Shown piece by piece: positions 13,642 to 28,328 of a stretch of 64,000 nucleotides of DNA. Positions within the stretch are counted from its first letter, which is position 1. Every line of letters starts with the position of its first letter. Position numbers and translations under genes: made by a program. The stretch is from Neodothiora populina (lineage: Eukaryota), in the NCBI RefSeq assembly GCF_041146345.1, contig NW_027191408.1, forward strand, positions 744,001 through 808,000, in the 5' to 3' direction. The notes below the pieces were generated by a model. The model saw nothing but the letters and a program-made list of their open reading frames with translations. It was not told where the DNA came from and made no database searches.

Positions 13642-15143
13642 ATGAACAGCACTCCCACAACTAACCCGCCTAGCGTAGATGGCCATATTATTGTCGAGCC
13701 TGATGATGACATGCCTGAAATTGATAGCGACGTAACATCGCCACCATCGCTAGAAGACGAGAAAAGTGGCGAGCCCCTCTCATCCTCATGGCGTGAAGAA
13801 CCTCTTACTAGCGATGAGGCGTCCAAGGTGACGCAGATACTGCGCGCGTGTAGAGACCAGGATAGGAATCAACTCATCGCCCTTGCAGCAACTGAAGGTG
13901 GTTTCGTTGAAGATCATGTCCGACGTCTAGCTTGCACGTCTACACGTTATCCTCGCAACCCGATTCGTCACTGACTGTGTTTCTAGGGCCTATACTACTG
14001 GGTCGAAGTGAGAAGCATGACAATTCCGAGAAATGGGAAGACCTCCCAGCTCACCATGACGAAGCACAAGTCAAGCTTGACGTGCATCGTGCCTTCGTAC
14101 ACTATCCTACGGGTGTGCTATTGCCAGAAAATGTAGCCAAGAGAATCCATACTGATGACTGATGCAGGTGAATCAAACAAACAGATCGAAGGGCGAAAAG
14201 AAGAGCTCTCTAGCCTCATCACGCAGATCCTCCGGCAGCACCCTTGCCTATGTTATTTCCAAGGATATCATGACATAGCGCAGGTGCTTCTGCTTGTGCT
14301 AGGCGCTGAAGAAGCCGCCTCACTTCTTGCAAGGCTTTCTTTGCTGCGTATTCGGGATTTCATGTTACCAACCATTGCAGCAACCAATTCGCATCTTCAG
14401 TTACTGCCAGCTATTCTGTATGCTGCAGATCCTGTCTTATGCAGACATCTATCCGGAACGCAGCCTTTCTTCGCACTAGCTGCGACCTTGACATTATACG
14501 CGCATGACATCGAAGAATATGGAGGAATCGCCAGGTTGTTCGACTTTCTACTCGCACGTGAGGCTGTCATGTCGGTGTACGTGTATGCAACAGTAAGTTC
14601 TCACCTTTCGATCAATTGTTGTATAATCTAATAATGTAGATCATCATGACCCGCAAAAGTGAGCTTTTAGAGCTGGGTGCGGATGAGCCAGAGATGCTCT
14701 ATGCTATCCTGTGTAAACTCCCGAAACCGCTCGATCTCGAAGATCTGGTATCAAGAGCAATATCTCTCTTTGAAGACCATCGTCCAGAAACTCTACCATT
14801 CGGTGCGTGGCGCAAGGTCTCATCTTACAGCACTCTCAAGACAACACGTGATTCAACAGCAGTCGCGCGCCAGACGCTGCAGGAGGGCGAAAAGTTGCTC
14901 AAGAAACACTCCGAGGAGATAGAACGCCAGGTAGCGAGAAAGAAAATGCTGATCCGCACCCGACAGCTTGCTCATCGGTACCGGCACCCAGCAAGGGCAG
15001 TCAGTCTTGCAGTATTTATTGGAGTCTTGTCTCTCTGCCTTGGTAGAAGTGGACAAACTGGGGGGTTGCACAGCATACTCGGGACTGCGAGACAACGCTT
15101 CGTGGATGTCATTGGCTATACTCTCGGCTTTGTTCAGAAATAA
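13642..15143 (+). CDS. GYP8: TBC-domain Rab GTPase-activating protein (Gyp8/TBC1D20-like) with C-terminal hydrophobic anchor
   Basis: Exons 13642-13933, 13987-14112, 14168-14592, 14640-15143. Motifs RRLAWPILLG, LDVHRAF (Arg finger), YFQGYHDI (Gln finger); C-terminal hydrophobic stretch AVSLAVFIGVLSLCLG. Confidence 0.85.
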
Positions 15144-15428
15144 AAATGACACGACTGATGAGTGTATGTGTTTCAAGGTCCGCATATTCGGTAGCCTCCT
15201 CCAATTTCTCGGGTATTGGGACTCGATCAACTCGCTTGGGTGTCTGCGTTGTGCAACGAGTGACTACCTTGATGGCTACCGCGGGTGGTCCCCTGCGCGG
15301 TTTGCGCGTTCTACGCGTTCAAATGGTACTTGCGCAAGCAGCTGTGAACCCCACCTGTTCGATATTTTTTTTGACTATATTACTACTTTACAGTCACAAG
15401 TTTAGTCTGCATCTGTACCATACCAGAA

Positions 15429-16833
15429 CTAGATTTCCAATGCTTGTCCCTTCTGCACCCTTCCGCAGACCTCCTTCAAGGTGTGACCAGCCCACTCCCA
15501 GTCTGACATGTCCAGATACACCTGCGCGCTCAACCTAGCCCACCAGGCATTATTGTAAACCAGAATGGCAATGAACGTATCATACTCATTGTTCAATGTA
15601 GAAGAAAGCCACTGCGCAATCTCGATTGCCTTATCACCATCACCGCTGGCATCAACCTCGAAATCAAGGGGAAGCCTGATGTTTGCAAAGTTACACTTGG
15701 TCAGTGTCTTTGCTTCATTGTCCAAAATCTCTGTTCCCAAGATACCAGAGACCACCTGTCCAGCTTTCTTTGCTTGGTCCTCAGTAAAGGCGATGATGGC
15801 GTCTTCGCCGCTGCGACCTTGCCATGTGAAAGCCTTGCGGAACTCAATCGCGGCAGGTACACACATGTAAGGTGAGTTGTCAATTGTACCAACGAACTCG
15901 AAGTTCGTGACGAATGCGTTCTTGCGGCTGGGCGGCAGAGGATTCTTGATGGCAGCGCCTTCAGTAGGAAGTGGTTGAAATCCGTGACTGGTAGGCAGGG
16001 TACTACGTATGAGGTGCTGGTTGCGTACTGGGACATACAACAAGGCGCATCCTCGAGGGACAAAAAGCCATTTGTGGAGGTTCGACACGAAGAAGTCGGG
16101 ATCAATCTCCTGGAGGTCGATAGAGATATGGCCGACACAATGCGCACCATCGATGAGGGAAAGGAGACCATGCTTCTTGCATAGCTTGGTCAGTTGTTCA
16201 AAGGGCATGCGAAGACCTGGCATAGACACAATGGAGTCGAAGATAGCGACCTTTGGGTTCTTACCGGCGGCCTTGACCTCTGAGATGGCTTTTTCGAAGG
16301 CATCACACAATGCCTCGTCCGACAGTGGATACGTGTACTCGACCTTTCGAGCTTCGGCATGGGTTGTCTCGGTAAGATAGATCACAGTCTTCTCGCAAGC
16401 TCCGTAGATGGTGTCGAAATAGAAGATGACATCTTTGGGTTCATAAACTAGACTGCGCAGAACAGTGTTGACACCAGTGGTGGCATTCGGGACAAATACA
16501 CAGGCTTCCACTGGGGCGTGGACAATCTTAGAGACTGCCTCTCGGGAAACGTCCAAGTTCTTCCCAAACGTATAACGGATATAGGTGTCAGGTCGAGCTT
16601 CACATTCATCTTGAGCACTACGAAGGACGGCCCGAACGGGCTTGGGGTAAGTGCCAAAACTTCCTATAGCATATATGTCAGACCAAGATCACTACCGATC
16701 AAGCACCACCGCATATGATCCACTGACCGTGATTCAGGTTCTTATATTTAGGATCGAAGCAGAAATGTTGCTTTATTGCCTCGCTTCCACACTCCATCGA
16801 TGTTGCTGTCCCGTTCTGAGGCTTGGAATCCAT
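15429..16833 (-). CDS. PLP-dependent class V aminotransferase / C-S lyase, hercynylcysteine sulfoxide lyase (Egt2)/LolT-like
   Basis: Intron 16727-16664 restores LNHGSFGTYP. Motifs FVPNATTGVNTVLR, IDGAH and PLP-lysine SNLHKW; C-terminal RLSAQVY. Confidence 0.85.
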
Positions 16834-17658
16834 AGTTAAGATTACTGTCGTTCGTGAAGGACTGTTTATGTCGAGTTCTTCTTTGTTCAAGCAATTGAGA
16901 AATGTTTATCTATTGTATGCCATGACTGCACGCATGTATTTATAGTTGTCTATATACTTAGATATCACCTTCCCCAGTGAGTCAATCACGGCCTGAGTCA
17001 TAAACCTGGGGCTGTTATCTTTCGTATCCGTATGACACTGTATATCTGGAGAGAATACTGATGGATTGACACGTACAGTAGGGCGTGGATCGCAGCATCT
17101 GGATGGAAACTTAGCCGACGAGATTGCTTTGTCTGAGTCACGAGCGTTTATCTACTGTACAAGCAAAGAAGAAGTCAGGCACGACAATTTGTTGCAGGTA
17201 ATTAATGGTGTAGATGACTAGGTATGATCAAGCCCCAGCTCGTATGCCACATCGGTGGGGTAACTCGACCATTCACGACCCGCGACATAGTTGAGATAGA
17301 TATACTTGCACAAGGGATTATTATCACGATCTTCTCTCTGGTCAGCCGAGCTCATGTACAAGAAGGATCGACTTTACTGCTGTTAGCATTTTATCAAAAA
17401 AGGTCGAGTCCTGTGGCCTCGTAGTGCGCCAAGAAAATCATCTGAGCTGCAACTTCAGGTAATTATATCCAGGTTTCGCTGTATACATCATTTCGAGACA
17501 AGATACTTCGAGCACTGGAGCATCACACATAATGTACTTTCTATACGTCTCGTCAACATACGCTCTTTACTGTATGTGACTGTGAATCTCAGGTCAATGA
17601 GTCTACATAATGAATTGCAGCCTGGACATCATAGTATAATCAAAACAAAGGCGGGATC

Positions 17659-19926
17659 ATGACGTCGCTGCAGCAGCCCTTCAAGCCTGTGGTATGCGTA
17701 GTGGATTTCCACCATGCTCGGTATAAACCACTTCTCGATGCTACGTGGACGAGCAGCTCATAACGTATGGCAGAGGTCCGGAGACAGAGTTCTGGGTTGG
17801 AACCGAGGGGTCTGATCCAGCAGCCGACAATGACTGGCACCTGTTGCCCTTCCTCGCTCTTTCTGACGGAGCGCATGCGTCAGTACATGTCGAAAGAATT
17901 GTTCTTGGTTTGGGGATTGTGACTGATTGCTGCGCAGATCCACGGAAGATTTCTCATACTTCACCCTCGTACAGAAGTCGTCGCCTGCCCGCTCGCTCTT
18001 CGGGATATCGTGTACGAGACAACTTGACAGTTCCACCCTGAAACATCGCGCCGCAGATGTGACTAGAAGTACCGTGCAAAAAGCGGTGGTGGTGATTACA
18101 GAGAGTCCTCAGACATTCAGCGCCATCCGGGAGAAACTGAGTGTGGTCACAAGAGCTTGGTTCTCACAGAGGTGCGTTCGGTGCTCCTTTGCTTAGGCCT
18201 ATGCTGATGCATTGTTATAGAGACTTTACAGACTTGGACATATTGCAGGTAGGTTCTGGCTGGATGACAGTTTGGTAGCGAATTCTCATTCGTTCTGCAG
18301 CGCTTTCAAGAAAGTTTGTCGAAAGACTTTGCCGGCCACGAAAATGAGGGGGACCAATATTATGGTTAGTAGCACATACTCCATCGTTCGCGCATTTATC
18401 CTGACTTTGTTCTCAGGCCTATCACTACGCGAGCTCGTCCATCATTTCAAGTGGCAGACACTTGTACTATTCAAGTGCTTGATATTACAGCCAAAGGTAC
18501 ATATTCGTCAAAGTGAAGAGAACATGACATAACATAACAGTGTGAACTAACATTGTCAGATGCTATTCTTCGGCTCACAATGCGAGCGGCTATGCCAGAT
18601 GCAATTCTCATTAGTCTCGCTGATTCCAGGCCTGCTAAAACATCTCGAGGACTGTGCTGACCCGCAGATGGACTCGTATGCGCAGAATCTTTCGCAACCC
18701 ACTTCGTTGAGGACAAGTGAACGAGCGTCGCTGTTGGCCTACATGGGTTTACCTCTACAGATTTTTGGAAAAGGGGCTCTGTTCGGACCTTATACCCCAT
18801 TGCAGCTGCTGGATACTCTGGCAGACCAGGAAACCAAGTCATATCTCGTCGGATCTACGAACCAGCTCTTGTTGCAGCAACGGGACCACTATGCAGATGT
18901 TCTGGTCAACCTTGACGACAACACAATCAACATCTTCTCACCCTCCCTGAGGAATGCGTTAACACTCACCAACGCGGACAGGCGGTGGGCCGACTTTTTG
19001 ACACAGGCGGTGCAGGATACTTGGGACCCCGATAATCCTTCTCGGCCGAAGGACATGGGATATGCTGGAAGCGAAGACTTCATCCGTCTGCAGTTCGAGG
19101 AATATCTTCTTGCTTTCGTGTCCTGTGTCAAATACCGACAGTACGTCGAAGCGAAACCGAATGACGAGAGAGCTTTGTTATCCGAAGTCGAAGGCAATCC
19201 GTCATCCGAGTTCGGCAATGAATTCGTGAACTCATGGCTGTTGACCGAAAACTACGCTCTTTTCAAGCGGTGTACAGATTCTCATCTATTCGACATTATC
19301 GAGCCTCGTCATCCGTGCGCAGGTGGCTTAACAATGGAGGATGTCCAAAGAAGACTAGCCCAACAGGTCCACGAATTGGGACTGGACGAGAGATACAAGA
19401 ATAGCAAAGAAGCGATAGGCCGGGGCCTAGCCAACGGACAGCAGCGCGTTTCGGGTGTGATCAACAACCTATGGGCAGACATTGAAGCGATGCGAGAAGC
19501 GCAACGCAAACGAGCTGCGGAACAAAAGGCTGCCGCTGAGCAGCAGGCAGAAGAGGCGGCCAAGGCCAGTGTCGAGATTGCTGCGCCCCCACAGTGTAAG
19601 TGACTCTCCTCATGTCGACATGGTTGCAAGAATTAATCACCATCGTGACAGCACCCAAGCCAGACGCAGAAGCACAGGAAACAGTGCAAGCAGCATCCAG
19701 CCGCGCAGCAGCATATCTATCGAGTTGGAGCTCTTGGGCAGCAGAGAAACGCAAGCAAGGTTGGCGAAAGAGCGACACCTCGCCTGCACAAGCTGAAGAG
19801 GAAGCAGCAGCGAAGACTAGTGTTGAGGAGCCGTCAAGGCCTGCAGTAACGACTGTGTCGGAGCTTGCCAAGACCGAAGGCAAAGAGGGCACAGAGGGCA
19901 CAGAGAACAAAGAAGGCACTCAGTGA
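17659..19926 (+). CDS. AVL9: Late secretory pathway protein Avl9 (DENN-related)
   Basis: Multi-exon gene. Motifs VVDFHHARGPE, LPFLALSDGAH, LFGISCTRQL, VTRSTVQKAVVV, QFSLVSLIPGL and GSEDFIRLQFEEY; canonical GT-AG introns. Confidence 0.92.
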
Positions 19927-20110
19927 TAGTAATACAATGTGTCCATCGTCTGTGCCGGATGTTAATCGAATAAGGAGTAGTATTTCACGAAACCCTACAG
20001 TCGCTGCTTATCATGGCCACTCGACAAGTACAACTATACTGCAAGTGTGAATTGTCCTCACGAAGAAACCTTCCTTGGCATCAACGTGTTTAGAGAACCT
20101 CGGCCCGGCC

Positions 20111-20138
20111 CAGCTCAGCTCAGCTCAGCTCAGCTCAG
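20111..20138 (+). repeat. (CAGCT)n pentanucleotide microsatellite between convergent AVL9 and HOG1
   Basis: cagctcagctcagctcagctcagctcag. Confidence 0.9.
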
Positions 20139-20647
20139 GGAGCCTTATGGTGATTGATGAGATGAAGCAAAGCAAGTTCTCCTTCCCCCCCACTTGCTGT
20201 TCTGTATCTTCCATTATATCGCCCAACTAGAAGCAGTTGGTGATTTACCAGGCCAGGAAGTATACATAATTTCGTACACCATGTTGGAGAAAAGGTCGAG
20301 CTCATCCCTACAAACTCTTCATTCATAGACAAAATAACAGCAAGGAAGTGAGGCTTCAAAAAGAACTCCATTGCTGTACTGTGGCTTCTATCCTACTACT
20401 CAGGCTATCTACTTTGGAAAGGAGCAGCTTCATAATCATTCCTCCTAGCCGTGTCTGCCCCCGGGTCTTCAGAAGTCATGTAAGCTGAAGATGGGAGACG
20501 AGCAGGCTGTGTCAGCACAACAGAAGTGCAGACAGTTTCCGTTGTCATTAATCCTAAACAAAACAACGATTCGTACGTTGTCGAATACAGGTACTTCGAA
20601 AGCCCTGACAATGGTGACACTTGGTTGGTGAGCTAGACTACGCTTCA

Positions 20648-22171
<1,524 letters not shown>

Positions 22172-23944
22172 GGTGATGGTATTGGTTCAACGAAAGTGTC
22201 GCCGAGACTCAGGTTAAGCTGTCGATATACGCGCTTTGACGAAGACAACAAAGTGTCTGGAAGGAGATGCTGATGCGGAGAGATGACGTTGCGTCACGAG
22301 ATTCCTGATGCTGCTGTTGCTGCTGTTGCAAAAATTGCTGGTATTATTGCGCGACCGAGGAGTGGATGGACAAGTGTGAGTCGAAGACGAAGAGAAGACG
22401 GCTGGTAGAGTAGTAGTCGAAGATCTCCCAGCGGACAAGGACTGCGTAGGTGGGGCAGAAATTGTAGTGGCGGGCGGACGACGTATTAGTTGTCACAATC
22501 AAGCTTCGTTGGAAACAACCTCTATCACGCAGTGAAGAGAGTCAAAGGTGCAGTCAAGCCGGCAAAACACAGCAGGTGCAGGATGGCAAACTTCTGGAAG
22601 GAAAGGACGTGATTCAGGGATGTTCGGACGAGGAAGAAAGGGAATGAACGACAGCAGTACAAGAGTACGAGTTTACTGCAATTACTAGAGTCGGGCTGAA
22701 TGTGTCTTGCACCTTCACCCAAGCAACCCAGCGCTTTCCTCTTTCCCTCGTTCCCTCTTTGGCTCTCCACCAACCGCCCTGGAGATCGAGATCTGGGGCT
22801 CGAAATCGACTTGGAGAGCACCGACAGGGCAGAACGGACGTCAGCGGCTCCGTGCCCTCAGAACTTAGTTAGCAACAACCTTACTCTGCCTTTATTTTCG
22901 TTAAATTCTGGATTCTGCATTGGGTGGACCCGTGCCGGATAAGACCTGGGTGCACAGTGCTTGCTCACCGAGTTGTCCATTGTCTTGACGATACACAGAT
23001 AAGCTATAGGTGCAGAATCCATGTCTCGATTGTCCGGCTCCTTGCTGTCCACCAAGCTGCTTGTTCGACTCGTGTCTCAAAAACGGAGTAAGTCTCCGTC
23101 CCGCATCACCCAAGTGGAGATCACCGTGTGTCGCATGTGAGGATCTGCATTCTAAATTCCTCACAGCACTGTATTGTTCTTCATGTGTGGCTGTGTGGCA
23201 CAGTACATTGGTGGCACAACCCATTGTGTCTAATCAAGGGAGGCCGTCACTGTCATCCAAAAGGGAAACACTCGTTGCACGGTTGGCTCAGAGGCTGACA
23301 TCTCGACGTGTGGCCAAGGCAAGGCAGGTCTGCAAAGCCAGCGCCCCTAATTCCTGTTCATGAATCGGAGGAAGGGCCACACTGCCCAATTTGCCCGGAG
23401 CCGAGCCCGGCTCTGGCAAAACAAGGAAATGGCCCTTCTAGTGTGCTATTAGATTATGGCAATTCGCATTAATGCACTGTGCAAGGAACATTCCACTTCC
23501 TCAAACGGGTACCATACACGCCTTACCGCTGTGCTGTTTCAAGAAATGTCGCTCTTACCCGTATCATTTCTGACACAGTGCGAGATGAGTATCTCAACCT
23601 GCGACATTCGCAACTCCCTGCCTGCGAACCTCCGCGGCGCGGCGCAAAAGGGAAAAACTCCTGACACGAATTTGGAACGGTCGATGTTGGCGCTTTGCTT
23701 CCACCAACAACAGGACAACTAAGTGTTGTGCAAGCTCTAATCTGAAGCCGCTTACGTGGCTCATTATATGTGTTGACATAACTACCAGTGATGAAGGTTC
23801 GTCTCTGCACAGTGTTATGGACCATAAACCTTTCCCTGCAAAAGACATGGATAACGAGGTTCATTATTTGTATATGACAAAATATACAGTGTAGACGGTG
23901 GATGCAAGACCAAAAGAACATGTCGAAGGTAATAGACATGGAAT

Positions 23945-24016
23945 TGAACCACACCTGATTTGAACAGGTAACCTTCTGGACTGGAATCAGACGCGCTACC
24001 ATTGCGCCAGCGGTCC
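23945..24016 (-). tRNA. tRNA-Trp (CCA), intronless
   Basis: Minus strand reads GGACCGC TG GCGC AATGGTA GCGC G TCTGA TTCCAGT CCAGA AGGTT ACCTG TTCAAAT CAGGT GTGGTTC A: a 72-nt cloverleaf with A and B boxes. Confidence 0.93.
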
Positions 24017-26160
24017 CGCTAATGTAATGTGAATGCTTTAATAGATACATATCCCTCACAAAGAGTATATCTTCGTAACATACGACTTGGAATACAAATA
24101 CGTCGGTCGACCTCGTCTGAAGCAATTATGTATGAATCTAAAGACTGTCTTGAGGTACAGTAGGCAACAGATGTCATACATCGAGGATCAGCCATATCCG
24201 GAGTCCACGGAAGAGGGCTGGATAGGTACTCGTCCTGCCCGGTTTACCTTGGCCGTACAAATACTGACCCGCGAAGCTTGTGCAATACTATCACAGAGTA
24301 TTGATTAGGGCCGAACGTTCCAACAGCCACTAGCAAGCACGTTTCGATCAGAAGTACGATCTTGCAGGTTACAGAGGTGAGCAAACTGACCTTCCCAGCA
24401 CGCTGGTTGGACTGGGTAATCATCAAGACGAAGGCAATGTAGCTCCTAAGTCCGTAGTGGAGCTACTGCAGCCCCTGCAGATTCCTTCAAATACAATGGG
24501 CGCAAATGTATGAAGGCTACCGTACAGTGATTTGACATGCCTGGTCATGTCTGCTCAGACCACAGTTAATCGAACTGCTTCTCATGGTATCGATCGAATC
24601 TGAGAGCGATTCACCTGACTCAAATCCTCTAATTAGACGCTCAATACGGCTCCTCCGGGAACACAATAATCAAGGCAAGTCACGTACTATCTGCGGCTCG
24701 CGCCATGACAATCTGACGAAGATAGTACACAGTCGATATTGTGGACTTCGAAAGGAGATCGCTTTCAGGATAGACGTTCGATAATTTGTCATAGGAGGTG
24801 TAGGTAGGGTGCATGCTCGGTCATGGGCGCATCCGCCACCGAAACTTACCATATGCAAGCTCGAAGATACGTTTGGTATTGACCAGTATTACTTGTGATC
24901 GTATCGAAGTTTCTTAGTCCTTGACGTACTGTATACCTTGTGCCTGTTTATGTTGGGTATGCACTGTATAAGGAGCACGTGCACGCGAGGCCATTGTGTA
25001 GATATATGTTGAAAGTCCACAAGTACCTTAGACAGGTTGACGAGTGCATTGCGACATGCATTCCTCGTGGAACGATGGTAGATTGATTGGTCGCGTCTAG
25101 GCAAGGCCACTGATTCATGGATCATCGACGGCAACGCAACACGAGGCATGGCACAATCCGAGAATATGCCTACTATGATGATGATTCCGAGCAGTCCTGG
25201 TTGGTATACCTCCACATCTACAGAGTGCCATTTCCAACGGTTGTATTCGAGAGGGGAAGGAAAAAGACAAGATCTAATATGCTCCAGCTTTTGCTTCGAT
25301 CGAATGTAGAAGCTGGCAATCGGCGGCTTCGATGATGCTACAAGGCTGTCGCACCGCCGCAGGAGGCTGATGACGAACCAGGCAAATTGTTTCATTATAC
25401 TGTCACATCATGCAAAAGCTTTGAATTTTTTACAGGATGCGGCGGTTTCTTACCACTCTCTGACGATTCTCATGGCTTAAATAACTCGTACACGCAGACA
25501 GGTAGCATGTCAGTGGAGACGGCCGCCCCTGTTTCACGGCGTGCTACAATGGTGCAATCTATCTCGCATAACGATGGCAACGCAGTCGCCTAGACTGACT
25601 ACGACTTGACCATGGCGACTCGACAAAGCCCCAAAAGGGTAATGAACGTTGTGGTCCACGTGCGCTATACTTGAATCCGGAAGAAAAAGGGCGGCAATAA
25701 TGGTGGCTTCATCTTGACCATTTTGTGCGGAGTAAAGAAGGTCGTGCGCAGGTGCAGAGACCAACCAGTTGTTTGGTAACAAATGGGATCTAGAGGCTCG
25801 GCCCCATGTCTGTTCTTGTCGCAGGCCCAAGGACGCGAATGTCATTGTTGGAAAGACGCTGGGGTGCACAGGTGCAATGCGAGTATACTGTCATAGTATT
25901 GAACCGTTGTGGCTGACGATTGTCGCTCTCGACCACGTCCAATTGTCTTTATGCCCCCGTTATCGCTGGGCCGCCTACCTTACCTAGGATAGATCGGGCG
26001 GCAGATCAACTACTGTGCAGGAAGGGGAGAGGTTACAGGCACACACTACAGACAGGTCGTCGCTCTGCAAGCATTGCTGCACTCTCCTTCCATCTCCCTT
26101 TTGCCTGTTATCTCGCCTTGCCTGATCTGACCTGACCCGAGTCTTCTTGGCTACGGTGCC

Positions 26161-26252
26161 ACCTTACCTACCTTACCTACCTTACCTTGCCTTTGCCTTG
26201 GGTTTTGCCTTGCCTTGCCCTCCCTCTGCCTTGCCTCTTGCCTTGCCTTGCA
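26161..26252 (+). repeat. Degenerate (CCTTA/CCTA/CCTTG)n pyrimidine-rich tract upstream of the G-alpha gene
   Basis: accttacctaccttacctaccttaccttgcctttgccttg...ttgccttgccttg. Confidence 0.8.
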
Positions 26253-26952
26253 CCAAACTTCTCAACCGAACTACCACCCTACCTATCTGCCTGTCTACCT
26301 ACCTTCCCGCCTCCACGTGCCACGCTGGATCGTGTTTCCAATTTAGCAGCACAGGATCTTCTTCACCCCGTACTATTCCGGGGACCAAGGAGAGGCGAAC
26401 CCACGAACCCAAGGAGCGGGGTTCATAGGTTCGAAGGCTGAAGGCTTGCATCCCAAAGCATAGACCATTGCGCGCGCCATTGCCATTGATCGTCAAGCAT
26501 CCATTTGCCAGGTGCATTCTTACAATATAGCACCGCAAATCGCTTACTTGGAGATCTTCAGCCCAGACATTGTCCTGTTACCCCCAATTCCATCGCTCGT
26601 TCACTCACCCCCCTGCTGTCGAGGGCAATCTCGTCATTCACGACCGCCAAAACCAACACAAACACTCACGACACCCTGACCTGCCCGGCCACTGCACTTG
26701 ATCCAGCAGCGGCTTTAAGCGCGCAGCACCCCGGCACCGACAGCACCGAAACGAGGCGAATCGACCTCCTTGGACCGCCGTCTACCGTCACCCTTTACAA
26801 CAACCACTCACATCGCCACTGCCGAACTCACGCTTGACACCATCACGGCCCGCTGCGGACCCTTGCTTCCACCCTGAGCATCAAGCCATTGACGGCGACA
26901 ACGGACACATTCCGGCCGCGGCCGGGGAGAGGACCAGGAGCTGCTCATGAAG

Positions 26953-28328
26953 ATGGGTAACTGCATGAGTTCGACGGGCGGCGAAGATGGAGACCAGAAG
27001 AAGCGGAGTCAGATGATAGATCGCACCTTGGAAGAGGACTCGAAAAAGCTACGGCGAGAATGCAAGATCTTGTTATTGGGTACGTCCCTGTCGCTTGTCT
27101 GACAACAACAGGATGCGCCGTCATCCTTGTGTCTCCCTGCCAATGCCACCACGACCCCTACTGACATCGCACAGGATCCGGCGAGAGCGGAAAGTCGACC
27201 ATCGTCAAACAAATGAAGATTATCCACCAGAACGGTTACAGTGCGGACGAACTCGCCCTCTACCGACACACAGTGTACAAGAACGTCGTCGATTGCGCAA
27301 AAGCACTCATAGCGGCAATGCGCCAATTTGAAATCGCCCCGGAAGCTCCTGGAAACATGGAACACTGTGATTTCATCATGGACTACACAATGGATCCCGA
27401 TCCGGATGCTCCTCTACCGCAACGAATCGCCAACGCCACCACGGCAATATGGAAGGACCCATGCATGCCCAAGGTCTTTGAGCATTCCAGCGAGTTTTAT
27501 CTTATGGACTCGGCGTCATAGTAAGATCTGCGAGATCAAACTAACCACACTCCATCGCTGACACCCCCTAGCTTCTTCGACGAGGTCCAACGCATCGCTC
27601 AACCGGACTACTGTCCCACAGAAGCCGATGTTTTGAGAGCACGAACGAAAACGACCGGCATCTATGAAACGCGATTTCAGATGGGCCAGCTCAGCATACA
27701 GTGAGTCATCATATTTGAGTGGTCACCTCAATGTCTCCTTCTAAGCAAAATCTGTAGCATGTTCGATGTTGGCGGCCAGAGAAGTGAACGCAAAAAGTGG
27801 ATCCATTGCTTCGAAAACGTCACCTCCATCATCTTCTGCGTCGCGCTCAGCGAGTACGACCAGGTTCTTCTCGAAGCTAGCGACCAGGTATGTCAATCCC
27901 TACGTTGTGTCTACAATGCATGCGCTTATCGTCGTCTAGAACCGTATGGTCGAGAGCTTGGTGCTGTTTGACTCGGTAGTGAACTCACGATGGTTCATGA
28001 GGACCAGTATCATCCTTTTCCTTAACAAAGTCGATCTTTTTAGGCAAAAGCTTGGCCGTTCACCTCTAGTCAATTACTTCCCTGACTACTCTGGCGGCAA
28101 CGACGTCAATCGCGCGGCCAAGTATCTATTATGGCGGTTTAACCAAGTCAACCGTGCTCATCTTAATCTATATCCACAGTAAGTGAAGCCAGAGCACACG
28201 TCAGATCAGGCATACTGACATCGCTTAGTCTCACCCAAGCCACCGATACCTCGAATATCCGCCTTGTCTTTGCTGCTGTCAAGGAAACCATCCTACAGAA
28301 CGCATTGAAGGACTCTGGCATCCTCTGA
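26953..28328 (+). CDS. Heterotrimeric G-protein alpha subunit, group III (GanB/GpaB/GNA-3/Gpa2-type, cAMP pathway)
   Basis: MGNCMS myristoylation/palmitoylation start, [43 protein letters not shown]-terminus KDSGIL. Exons 26953-27079, 27175-27520, 27572-27700, 27758-27887, 27940-28178, 28229-28328. Confidence 0.95.

Noticed and set aside
15429..16833. LolT/isopenicillin-epimerase-like gene as a sign of a secondary-metabolite cluster
   Set aside because: Its neighbours are housekeeping genes and there is no PKS, NRPS, transporter or cluster regulator. A stand-alone Egt2-like lyase is more parsimonious.
22400..26900. Short ORFs or a transposon relic in the long HOG1 to G-alpha intergenic region
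   Set aside because: No transposase or RT motifs, terminal repeats or RIP-like AT-rich block, and the ORFs lack coding-like composition. It is most likely regulatory DNA plus the tRNA.
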